Below, one piece after another: positions 1-7,775 of a DNA stretch of 17,275 bases; the first letter of the stretch is position 1; the number at the start of each line of letters is the position of its first letter. This DNA is from Candidatus Micrarchaeia archaeon (GTDB lineage Archaea > Micrarchaeota > Micrarchaeia > CAILAH01): the NCBI GenBank assembly GCA_038874595.1, contig JAVZCB010000007.1, positions 350 to 17,624 on the forward strand, in the 5' to 3' direction. A model generated the notes under the pieces. The model had not been told where the DNA came from and did not search any database. It saw nothing but the letters and a program-made list of their open reading frames with translations. Position numbers and translations under genes: made by a program.

Positions 1-384
1 CGTGATATGGAGCTGCTCACATCAGAGCTGTCGCGTGCAATACGTGTTGCACACTCTGTAAAGAAGACTTTCATACTCGCAATTCCGGGTGAGAAGGCAC
101 CTGAAAAAGTGCCAGCAGATTTCCTGCTTTACCACAGGAGGAAGGATGGTATAGAAACTCCTGAGAACGGCAAGCCCCGCTATTTGATGTTGGCCCTTAA
201 CGAAGATGAGAAGATAAGCGGTGCATATCTCGCTGGTGCAATCGAGTCTGCAAAAGAGGTTGGGCTTAACCTGATGCTTGCAATTGTTGACCGCGAGACG
301 AGTGTTACCTACTACCGTGTGCGCAGGATAGAATTAAAGGACAGCAGGTATGAATATTACGAGATTGACTGGAAACAGCCATAA
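1..384 (+). CDS. endA: tRNA-splicing endonuclease, 3' part (5'-truncated by the window edge)
   Basis: Frame 1 is open from base 1. It contains LSRAIRVAHSVKKTFILA (the EndA catalytic-Lys region), a second EndA C-terminal-like unit DFLLY...LAIVDRETSVTYY, and the terminal YYEIDWKQP. Confidence 0.88.
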   Translation, partial: RDMELLTSELSRAIRVAHSVKKTFILAIPGEKAPEKVPADFLLYHRRKDGIETPENGKPRYLMLALNEDEKISGAYLAGAIESAKEVGLNLMLAIVDRETSVTYYRVRRIELKDSRYEYYEIDWKQP

Positions 385-423
385 CTTGTTTTGGGATTTG
401 ATTGCTAATAATCCATAACGCGC

Positions 424-1053
424 TCATTCATTCTGTGTGGCTTTCCTTATGTTCTCCCTCATTTCCTGCATTATCTGCTCAAAAGGTGTGGAGCGCCTTT
501 TCTCCATCTCCTCAAGTGCCTTATAAACACCCGCTCTTTCGCACAGCATTTTGGTGGTCTTGAGATAATGCTCAACATCCTCGTTGAACGTTTTCATAAT
601 GCCCTCTTCGGTTATTATGCCCTTTTCAAGCAGGTAATTTAATGGTATCAACCAGGCATTCTCTTCCGGCCCGTAAACAGATTCAGATGTAACCCAAAGA
701 TTGCTGACTGGCAGAAATACCCTTACACGCTCACGCTCATGCACGATAACATACTTATCTTCGTTGCTTTTTCCTAACAACAGTGCAACCCTCAGGTAAG
801 GTGTCTCGCTTCTTATCAACTCTTTTTCTGTGGGGCTCAGGATATCTTCCGGAAAATATGCAGTGCTCCCAAGAGATACCAGACTTCCAGCCTCAATCTT
901 TGAAGGGATTTTGTGGAAGCACACAACCGCGCAATCAACACCTTTTTTCTCCATTTCACTAAACAGCTTTTCTATAACCTGTCTGATATCCGGCTTTTTT
1001 TCATCGCAGTTGCTTGCCTTCTCTTTCTTCTTTTTGAACAAACCGAATAACAT
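424..1053 (-). CDS. hypothetical protein
   Basis: Long ORF (the track starts it at 1068). The ATG at 1053 (MLFGLFKKKK) lies about 25 nt downstream of a minus-strand TTTATAAT at 1084-1077, so it is the preferred start. No recognisable family. Confidence 0.7.
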   Translation of the reverse strand: MLFGLFKKKKEKASNCDEKKPDIRQVIEKLFSEMEKKGVDCAVVCFHKIPSKIEAGSLVSLGSTAYFPEDILSPTEKELIRSETPYLRVALLLGKSNEDKYVIVHERERVRVFLPVSNLWVTSESVYGPEENAWLIPLNYLLEKGIITEEGIMKTFNEDVEHYLKTTKMLCERAGVYKALEEMEKRRSTPFEQIMQEMRENIRKATQNE

Positions 1054-1120
1054 ATCTTGCTTTATCATAAAGTCATATTATAAACATTTTGATTTGTTTG
1101 GCCGGGCAAAAGAACGGCAA

Positions 1121-1130
1121 TTTATATAAA
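1121..1130 (+). promoter_or_regulatory. TATA box for the C/D sRNA
   Basis: TTTATATAAA, preceded by a purine-rich BRE-like stretch, 20-29 nt upstream of the sRNA terminal stem. Confidence 0.7.
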
Positions 1131-1149
1131 CCGGGGTGTGCATAATAAG

Positions 1150-1223
1150 ATTGCATCTGTGATGATGATGACAACCTCTGATAATGTACAATATGATGAG
1201 GTCGACAGCGACTGAGATGCAAT
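1150..1223 (+). ncRNA. box C/D methylation-guide sRNA
   Basis: C box GTGATGA 1159-1165, 12-nt guide 1166-1177, D' CTGA 1178-1181, C' ATGATGA 1193-1199, 12-nt guide 1200-1211, D CTGA 1212-1215. An 8-bp terminal stem forms from ATTGCATC (1150-1157) and GATGCAAT (1216-1223). Intergenic location. Confidence 0.93.
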
Positions 1224-1259
1224 ATTAGGTTTTTATAGTTTAGAAGTTAATATTCCATT

Positions 1260-2084
1260 ATGAACGCAAATTGGTCATATCTTCTTATATTAGTGCTTTT
1301 TTCAAGTGTTGCATTTGCAGTTGGCCCAGGGCAGGTCCAGCTTATTGAGCCCGTTACGAAGGTTGTCAGCAGCGGTGATATCGTTGATGGTGGGCTTATA
1401 GGTCCAGGCCAGACACTTTCTGTAATGGTTTCAACAAAGGTTGATACGGGAGGCAAATACGGTGAAGGTGGCAATTGGAATAATCTAAAGGCTGAAAGCC
1501 TGCCACCCGGCTGGCAGTCAACATTCTCAGAGTACGGCCCGAACCTGAAAATCAACATAAAGGCGCCTGCCAGCGCGCCGGAAGGCAAGTACCGCCTCGT
1601 TTTCTCAGTGAATGATGAGGGCGATATACAGCAGATAGGCGGGAAGGTTGTCTTTTATGTGGATATTGAGGTCAGGGATAGCGTAGTTGACATGAGCGCA
1701 TATCCGCGTGAGCTGGTTGTACAGCCAGGATCGCCAGCAAGGTTTACTGTTAAGATTGTTAACCCAAGCAGTGCAAGTGATGTGTTCACGGTTGAAGGCA
1801 AAGGGATAACAGGATGGAGGTTCAAGAAGGATGTATTCGTCCCTGCGCGCGGCTATTCAACAATCTACTATGAGCTCATTAACAATGATGAGGAGACAAT
1901 CCCAATCACGCTTACCGCAGTATCAAAATCAAGCAGCCGTATACATGATGAGCAGGAAGTGCTCCTGATTACCAAGAGTAATCCCCTACTGGATATAATG
2001 AGCACAAAATACGGATTATTGCTCTACCCGCCAGCAGAGTTCCTGCTGTACTCAACAATCTATTTTGTCTCATCTTTCATGTGA
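1260..2084 (+). CDS. secreted/membrane-anchored protein with Ig-like (NEW3/NPCBM-associated-like) beta domains
   Basis: N-terminal signal peptide (YLLILVLFSSVAFA), motifs LPPGW and IKAPASAPEGKY, beta-rich body, hydrophobic C-terminus. Confidence 0.7.
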   Translation: MNANWSYLLILVLFSSVAFAVGPGQVQLIEPVTKVVSSGDIVDGGLIGPGQTLSVMVSTKVDTGGKYGEGGNWNNLKAESLPPGWQSTFSEYGPNLKINIKAPASAPEGKYRLVFSVNDEGDIQQIGGKVVFYVDIEVRDSVVDMSAYPRELVVQPGSPARFTVKIVNPSSASDVFTVEGKGITGWRFKKDVFVPARGYSTIYYELINNDEETIPITLTAVSKSSSRIHDEQEVLLITKSNPLLDIMSTKYGLLLYPPAEFLLYSTIYFVSSFM

Positions 2085-2090
2085 TAGTAT

Positions 2091-2726
2091 CTATTCATAT
2101 GATTGAAGGTTTGCTATCACATACTTCTTATTTTCATTATCTGATAAAACAATCCTTACAGGAATCGGGACGTCTTTCACAATCCACATATCGATGTTTT
2201 CTTTTCTAAGCCTCACTGCTTCATATACGTTACCTTTATATATGGCACTCTCAACCACAACAATATCCAATATATCATACTTCCTCATAAGCTGAGGGAG
2301 CACATACGTGGCAAGCTGGACTTCTGCATCTGGATAAGGCTTGTTACACTGTATTACCTCCGCACCATAATATTTAGATACACAGCTGAATGTAACAGTA
2401 TCAATTTTTATACCAGCGCTGGTTGTTGACTGGACAATTCCATCGTATACAACAATATCTATAAGTGCAGTTCCATCAGGGTTTTTGCTAAATGTGAGTA
2501 AAACCTCGGATTTGTTCATTTCACCGTTCGCCATTGATATGATATTATACCTGGCTTTTGAAACTGCCTCAATCTTATAAACATCATTCCAGCTAAACGC
2601 GCTTGCCTTCTTATTACCACTGGGCAATGCTGGTGGCGTATAGGAAAACAAAGATATCAATATGATACCAAGGACAGATATTATTACCGCAGCCGCAATT
2701 ATGGTAATGATTGTGTCCTTACCCAT
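2091..2726 (-). CDS. hypothetical protein with N-terminal transmembrane anchor
   Basis: 211-aa ORF with a hydrophobic helix at residues 6-27 and an AT-rich TATA-like element at about 2746-2762. Confidence 0.75.
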   Translation of the reverse strand: MGKDTIITIIAAAVIISVLGIILISLFSYTPPALPSGNKKASAFSWNDVYKIEAVSKARYNIISMANGEMNKSEVLLTFSKNPDGTALIDIVVYDGIVQSTTSAGIKIDTVTFSCVSKYYGAEVIQCNKPYPDAEVQLATYVLPQLMRKYDILDIVVVESAIYKGNVYEAVRLRKENIDMWIVKDVPIPVRIVLSDNENKKYVIANLQSYE

Positions 2727-2783
2727 ATGCCCTACTTCACAGTAATATATTAAATATTTAATCCAGCCACACTTAGCTTGTGC

Positions 2784-3545
2784 TTACCTGATGTAACTCA
2801 ACGGCTCATCGCCGCCACCGCTTTTCTCCATATTCTGCAGCCGCTTAAGCTCCTCTGTAGCAATCTTATCTAGCTTTATTCTCTCTTCCAGCTTATCAAG
2901 TGTTACTTTCACATCAAGTATATTGCACAGGACTTTAAGTAACTCCTTTGCAGAATTGGCGTCAACATATGCGCCGTGCGTCTCACCCATTAGGCAGGCA
3001 CCCTCCATCTTCCTAAGCTTTCCCAGGCCCAAAAGCATCCCTGCCGCACCTATGATTGTCCCCTTACTCTCACCGAATATTACCCCGTGCTTTTCAAGCT
3101 CAGGAATGAGCCGCTTATGTGTAGCAGCCCCAAGCACACGCGGTGTGTCAAGATGCCTTCCTGTCCCATAACCACCTAAAGTGTAAATCCTCTTTGTACC
3201 GATGGATTCAAAGTAATCCAACAACTTGTTCGTAACTTCAAACTGGGCATCTGAAGTGACGGCCTGAACATCACCAAGAAGGAATACGATTTCCAAATCC
3301 TTTTTCTTATAACCGTAAATGACGTTCCTGAGCATCCTTATGGTACCGTTTTTCCTCATTATTACCTGGTGCGGGAAATACGGGGAGTACACCTCAGCTA
3401 TCTTCTTTGCCTTAAGCTCCCTGGCCATATGCTGTGCAGCAATCTTGCCAACAAGGCCTATACCAGGCAATCCCTCTACAACAATAGGGTTCTTGAATTT
3501 CATATCCCTGATGATGCGGATATAAGTCTCATTTTTCATACCCAT
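2784..3545 (-). CDS. proteasome assembly chaperone family protein (PAC2/PbaA-like)
   Basis: Motifs VEGLPGIGLVGKIAA, IYTLGGY, IIGAAGMLL and GACLMGET. Typical position after nop10. Alternative start at 3539. Confidence 0.92.
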   Translation of the reverse strand: MGMKNETYIRIIRDMKFKNPIVVEGLPGIGLVGKIAAQHMARELKAKKIAEVYSPYFPHQVIMRKNGTIRMLRNVIYGYKKKDLEIVFLLGDVQAVTSDAQFEVTNKLLDYFESIGTKRIYTLGGYGTGRHLDTPRVLGAATHKRLIPELEKHGVIFGESKGTIIGAAGMLLGLGKLRKMEGACLMGETHGAYVDANSAKELLKVLCNILDVKVTLDKLEERIKLDKIATEELKRLQNMEKSGGGDEPLSYIR

Positions 3546-3687
3546 CCCCTACCCGCGTTTTATAATGTGCATACTTATCCTGCGGCGAGAATTTTACAGG
3601 GTGTGCACTTGCACTTTCCACACCACAGTGCTTTTCCTTGAGTGTATATTTATGGCACACCTTACACTTGCGCATCCTGAATTTCAC
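3529..3687 (-). CDS. nop10: H/ACA RNP protein Nop10 (not in ORF track)
   Basis: Hand translation from the GTG overlapping the aIF2alpha stop: MKFRMRKCKVCHKYTLKEKHCGVESASAHPVKFSPQDKYAHYKTRVGDGYEK (52 aa). It carries the CxxCxxYTLK and HPxKFSPxDKY signatures. Confidence 0.95.
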   Translation of the reverse strand: MKFRMRKCKVCHKYTLKEKHCGVESASAHPVKFSPQDKYAHYKTRVGDGYEK

Positions 3688-4463
3688 TTATTTTCACCCA
3701 GCACTTCAAGGTGGTACTTGCATTTTCCCATCGCCTGCTTTATCGAATCAATAAGCGTGTTCATCTCTTTCTCTGCTTTCTTATAATCATCACATTCAAT
3801 ATCAATCCTGTATATTGGCGCCCCGATGTATTTAATCGTAAGGCTAACATTTTTTGAGGATAGTGACCCGAGAACATCCTTTATCTTTTTGATGCCTTCC
3901 GGCTCAAAGCATTCAAGCTTGATGTTCCTGCTGATGTTTACTTTCTGTTTCTTAATATTCTCCTTTGCGATAGCTTCGAGCACTTTCAACGTCTTCTCAG
4001 GTATCTTATCAAGCTTGGCCCTCGCTTTCTCGGTGTCAAAAGATAGCGCCTCAAACGCACCATAAACAGAGCCAAAATTCTCTTCAAGCTCTTTTGTTAT
4101 CTCCTCCGCAAACTTAACCTTATCCTTCTTGAGCTTCTTTGCAGCAATCTCAATAAGTTTCATCCCCCGGTTTGTTCTTCGGTACTGCTCGCGTTTCCAC
4201 ACCCTCTCATTTTCCGCAACTCTCTTAAGTGTGAGGTCTACTTGGTTTTTCTCCTGCACATATCTGTGCACTTTTGCGATTACCTTCTGCCCTTCCTTGA
4301 TATGCTCGTGTATGTTTTTTATCCATCTCGGTGCAATCTCAGAAACGTGCAGGAATGCCTCTGCACCATCATATTCATCCAGAGAGCAGAATGCCCCGTA
4401 CGGAAAAATCTTCTTTATGGTTGCAATAACCAATTCCCCTTCTTTAGGAAGCCCTTTACCCAT
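3684..4463 (-). CDS. eif2a: translation initiation factor aIF2 alpha subunit
   Basis: S1 domain (LPKEGELVIATIKKIFPYGAFCSLDEY, LHVSEIAPRWIKNI) and C-terminal YIGAPIYRI. The ATG at 4463 overlaps the rps27e stop (TGATG). Confidence 0.97.
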   Translation of the reverse strand: MGKGLPKEGELVIATIKKIFPYGAFCSLDEYDGAEAFLHVSEIAPRWIKNIHEHIKEGQKVIAKVHRYVQEKNQVDLTLKRVAENERVWKREQYRRTNRGMKLIEIAAKKLKKDKVKFAEEITKELEENFGSVYGAFEALSFDTEKARAKLDKIPEKTLKVLEAIAKENIKKQKVNISRNIKLECFEPEGIKKIKDVLGSLSSKNVSLTIKYIGAPIYRIDIECDDYKKAEKEMNTLIDSIKQAMGKCKYHLEVLGENK

Positions 4464-4624
4464 CAATCCAGCTCCTTTTCAATTTTGCCAAGGACATTTG
4501 CAGTGCCCCCAGTTGGCCGTGCGAGCACAGCACCGCAGCTCCCACACTTAACCTCAGAAGTTATATACTTGAACAGCGGCTGCTCATACCCACATTTACA
4601 TTTTGCAATAACAAACTTGCCCAT
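4463..4624 (-). CDS. rps27e: 30S ribosomal protein S27e (not in ORF track)
   Basis: Hand translation MGKFVIAKCKCGYEQPLFKYITSEVKCGSCGAVLARPTGGTANVLGKIEKELD (53 aa) with Zn-ribbon cysteines and the PTGG motif. GAGGTG RBS upstream. Confidence 0.95.
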   Translation of the reverse strand: MGKFVIAKCKCGYEQPLFKYITSEVKCGSCGAVLARPTGGTANVLGKIEKELD

Positions 4625-4642
4625 AGCAACACCTCTTTATGC

Positions 4643-4927
4643 TTATCTACCGATTTCAACCTTCTTTTTTGTCCTGCCGCCGCCTAACAACCTATCCTGC
4701 TTCTTTTTGCATACCGAGCACTCCAGTGTAAGCTTCTGCCGTTTTCCTTGTTTCCTGACATTAGCCTGCCCCTTAACCTTTCCAACATACCCTTTTGTCC
4801 TTCTCTCGTGCCTCAGCGTACCCCACGCCAGGCCACGCGCTTTCCCCTTTTTAGGGTTGGACACCTTGTGTACAGTATGCTTCTTGCACTTTGGGCAGTA
4901 TGTCTTGATTTCCTTTGGAACCTTCAT
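4643..4927 (-). CDS. rpl44e: 50S ribosomal protein L44e (eL42)
   Basis: MKVPKEIKTYCPKCKKHTVHKV...LECSVCKK, in the conserved position within this operon. Confidence 0.97.
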   Translation of the reverse strand: MKVPKEIKTYCPKCKKHTVHKVSNPKKGKARGLAWGTLRHERRTKGYVGKVKGQANVRKQGKRQKLTLECSVCKKKQDRLLGGGRTKKKVEIGR

Positions 4928-5448
4928 TCAACCAACTCCGCCAAGTTACGTTTTATCATAATCTCCCCCTCTTTTTTTGGGAGCTCGCATCTGGCACCGG
5001 CAGGGAACGGGCCATACTCATTCCCATCGAGCGCCTTGAATTTTGGCACATCCTTTAAGACTTTAATCTTTATAACATCTTCCCTGGGCTCAACACTCTT
5101 AAACTCCCGCTTATCAATACCTTCCTTGAACCTTCTTACGGCCTCCTTAACTTCATAATATAGTGCCTTCTCCTGGTCAGTCAGCCCAGTAAGCGGTGGG
5201 AAACCGTTATATATCTCATTAAAAGCATGCCATATTATTTTCTCTGTTCTCTTTATCTCAATATCATGTAGCACCTTGCTGCAGTTCTCAAGCTCTCTTA
5301 CAGTCTGCGTATCCCACTTTGAGGCAAGCTGTGTCTTAAGTTGCTCAATATATATGAACGCCCGTGAATAAGTATCTTCTTTGACCTGGACAAGGTCGTT
5401 TGACCTCTTCTCTTCAATCTGCAACCTTCTAAGCTCCTCGTACATCAC
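4924..5448 (-). CDS. gins15: DNA replication complex GINS subunit (Gins15/Gins51)
   Basis: Helical A domain (YEELRRLQIEEKRSNDL) plus C-terminal B domain (IKVLKDVPKFKALDGNEYGPF...LP). Lies between priS and rpl44e. Confidence 0.88.
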   Translation of the reverse strand: MMYEELRRLQIEEKRSNDLVQVKEDTYSRAFIYIEQLKTQLASKWDTQTVRELENCSKVLHDIEIKRTEKIIWHAFNEIYNGFPPLTGLTDQEKALYYEVKEAVRRFKEGIDKREFKSVEPREDVIKIKVLKDVPKFKALDGNEYGPFPAGARCELPKKEGEIMIKRNLAELVE

Positions 5449-6488
5449 ACAAGCCTCGCAGCATTTTTTGCAATAAGATAAACTGCATAATATTTAGGCA
5501 GGCGCGTTTTTTTATTATTAATCTCATCAAACTGCTGGCCACCGAACACAAGTGCCGGCACATCTTCAGTAACCTCAACTTCAACCTCACAACCATCAGC
5601 AAACACAGTATCCTTTAACGGGTCAAACCTTTCCATATCGTGCACCTTCTTTGCAATAAGGCCTGTTTCTCCGTGTATAGTCCCAGGGAGCCGTATTAGG
5701 CGGTGTATATCCGTAGTGACCTGCGCATCTACGTTTGCTGAAAGCGATTTCCTGCACTCTTCAAACTCCCTGTAAAACCAGGCGCTATCACACACACCAC
5801 TCCATACGCCATTGCTTATTGAATCCAGGTATTCCTGCTTTTTTGAAGTCTTTATCTTGCCACTTTCAAGCCTCTCAGATATGCACCTGGCAATCCTGCC
5901 AAACCACGCAGGCGAATTTGTGTGCGGGCCAAACTCACAGAAAATCCCCGCATCAATACCTATGCCGTTAAGGAAGCTGACTATCTCCTGCCGTTCCTTC
6001 TGGCCGAGGCCTTTATACCTATCATCCTCAACATGAATATGGTACCCTCTATTGCCACTAAAATTCACAGATATATCCTTTTTGCTTATCCCAAAATCGG
6101 GCACAAGGAATTCCTCAATCAGGTAAATCGTATCCCTTTTGGCTTTTTCAAGACAGGATTCGCATACGAACTTATCAGCGTGTTTATCGCAGCCGTGCAC
6201 ATCTATATCAAATACGAGATCGGAGCTGACCATCATTTTTGCTTCCATAGGCTTCGCTTCGGGTGCTGTGTAATACGCAACCGAGTATGAGCAGAAAAAA
6301 GGCACGTTCGTTATCAGGTACTCCCTCAGCTCCTTCTGAGAGTTGAACCTCTTATGCCTGAAATCAATCTTTTTCTCAAACCCAAACCCGAACTCTCTCA
6401 TTTCAATCATGTGCGGGTAATCCGGCTCATGCTCCCTGTAATACGATGCAAACTCGCTTTTGAGGAATTCTCTCTCACGCAGGCCCAT
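5445..6488 (-). CDS. priS: DNA primase small (catalytic) subunit
   Basis: Motifs REFGF, DLVFDID, FSGNRGYHIHV and DAQVTTDIHRLIRLPGTIHGETG. The start is moved from 6656 to the ATG at 6488 (MGLRERE), which lies 23 nt from a TATA box. Confidence 0.96.
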   Translation of the reverse strand: MGLREREFLKSEFASYYREHEPDYPHMIEMREFGFGFEKKIDFRHKRFNSQKELREYLITNVPFFCSYSVAYYTAPEAKPMEAKMMVSSDLVFDIDVHGCDKHADKFVCESCLEKAKRDTIYLIEEFLVPDFGISKKDISVNFSGNRGYHIHVEDDRYKGLGQKERQEIVSFLNGIGIDAGIFCEFGPHTNSPAWFGRIARCISERLESGKIKTSKKQEYLDSISNGVWSGVCDSAWFYREFEECRKSLSANVDAQVTTDIHRLIRLPGTIHGETGLIAKKVHDMERFDPLKDTVFADGCEVEVEVTEDVPALVFGGQQFDEINNKKTRLPKYYAVYLIAKNAARLV

Positions 6489-6503
6489 CGTTATCTTATG
6501 CCT

Positions 6504-6520
6504 GAAAACGTTTATATAAA
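6504..6520. promoter_or_regulatory. palindromic TATA box between divergent genes
   Basis: GAAAACG followed by TTTATATAAA (6511-6520, self-complementary), between the priS ATG (6488, -) and the ATG at 6551 (+). Confidence 0.65.
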
Positions 6521-6550
6521 ATGAGATGTCATATAAGCATAGGTGGAAAT

Positions 6551-7738
6551 ATGGCTCAGGCTGAAGCACAAGCGCAGGATGAAATGTTATTGCAGATGAA
6601 TAAAGCCGCAGAGATGGTAAACAAACATGCCCATGCAAACGGGTTGCACGTAACAATTGAGAGAGACAATAAGGGCGTTTTCAGGATGTATGTGCAGGTG
6701 TGGGATAACGAAAGGAAAGTGGCTGTTGATGACCCTGAAAAATTAAAGCAGTCCCAATCTAAATTAAAAGACTCAATTATAGCATTTGGAACCGAAGCGA
6801 AATCTTCCAATGATGATGCGCAGAAGATGCTTTTCATAAAGATGATTGCCACAACTAAGGAGGGGGGGTTCTCAGAGAGTGATTCAAAGAATCTTAGCAC
6901 AATGCTCGATGGGACATCAGACCGCGCCATTGATAAAATTATTGAGAAAGTAAAAGGGGCGGAAGTTCGTTTTAAGACTGAAGAAGAGGTAAAGGGAGAA
7001 GGGCAGCAGGGCGGCAGGACTTACGCATATCTTCTTACCGATAAGGAGTTCTGGGATATCCTAAAGATGGCAAAAGCAGCAGATTTTGACAGGCTCATGC
7101 ACGAGCGCCTGCAGTATATCCCACAGGAAATGCGTAAAGGTATAGAAGAAAAAGGCACGGGCCACACAGAGGTTGCAAAGGGTAAGGTCCGTGTAGGTGT
7201 GGGTACAGCTGAAAGCAGGTCGGCTGTGATGGAAGGTGAATATAAGGCAGCGCTGCACAGGGGGTTTGAGGAGGATGCGATTAAGGCAATGCAGGCCGGT
7301 AAAGAAGACGCAATGAAAGAAGTGTTTAAGGAGATAAAGGATAACCCAGAGAAGTATAAGGGCCACGGCCTTTCAATTGAAGACGGCAAGATGTACGTAA
7401 GCTACACATTTAAGGGTAAGAAGAAGAAAGTGCTGGTGATGGATGAGAATGGCAAAATCAACCAGGAGGGGTATAAAGACCTCACTCACATATGCAACAC
7501 ACTTGAGAATAAGCAGTACAAAGAATCAAAGAAATGGAAGGATGACCCCGTGAAGGCTCTTATAGCACAAAAGGTTTCAGAGAAGCTGCAATCATCAGGT
7601 GTTGATGTAAACTCTCTCCTCAAAGAAGCGGAGGATAAGTATGCAGAGCTTTACGGTGAGCGCCGCCGCAACGTATTCAGCAAGACAGGGTACCTGTGCG
7701 GCCTGGCTTATGAGGCAGGCGAAATAGCAAAGAAATAG
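6551..7738 (+). CDS. hypothetical protein (charged, largely helical, no signal peptide)
   Basis: 395-aa ORF. The RBS AGGTGG at 6541-6546 supports the ATG at 6551 rather than 6521. Followed by a T-rich tract. Confidence 0.8.
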   Translation: MAQAEAQAQDEMLLQMNKAAEMVNKHAHANGLHVTIERDNKGVFRMYVQVWDNERKVAVDDPEKLKQSQSKLKDSIIAFGTEAKSSNDDAQKMLFIKMIATTKEGGFSESDSKNLSTMLDGTSDRAIDKIIEKVKGAEVRFKTEEEVKGEGQQGGRTYAYLLTDKEFWDILKMAKAADFDRLMHERLQYIPQEMRKGIEEKGTGHTEVAKGKVRVGVGTAESRSAVMEGEYKAALHRGFEEDAIKAMQAGKEDAMKEVFKEIKDNPEKYKGHGLSIEDGKMYVSYTFKGKKKKVLVMDENGKINQEGYKDLTHICNTLENKQYKESKKWKDDPVKALIAQKVSEKLQSSGVDVNSLLKEAEDKYAELYGERRRNVFSKTGYLCGLAYEAGEIAKK

Positions 7739-7772
7739 TTGTTTGGTTTTGCTTACTTTTATTTTCCTTTTC
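7739..7772 (+). terminator. T-rich archaeal terminator tract
   Basis: A run of T tracts directly after the stop, between convergent genes. Confidence 0.45.
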
Positions 7773-7775
7773 TGG

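Noticed and set aside
830-1129. 99-aa plus-strand ORF, representative of the many antisense ORFs in the track (e.g. 1247-1588, 2923-3171, 4242-4961, 5922-6290, 8913-9221, 10071-10589, 11016-11396, 13849-14193)
   Set aside because: They are shadows of well-supported genes on the opposite strand, with S/F/L-rich composition and no motifs or RBS.
4643-4927. L44e lacking a GGQ-like loop (GYVGKVKGQ)
   Set aside because: This loop is variable among archaeal L44e proteins, so it is not informative.
6489-6656. 56-aa N-terminal extension of PriS in the ORF track
   Set aside because: It overlaps the divergent gene and the promoter. Primase-like sequence and TATA spacing fit the ATG at 6488.
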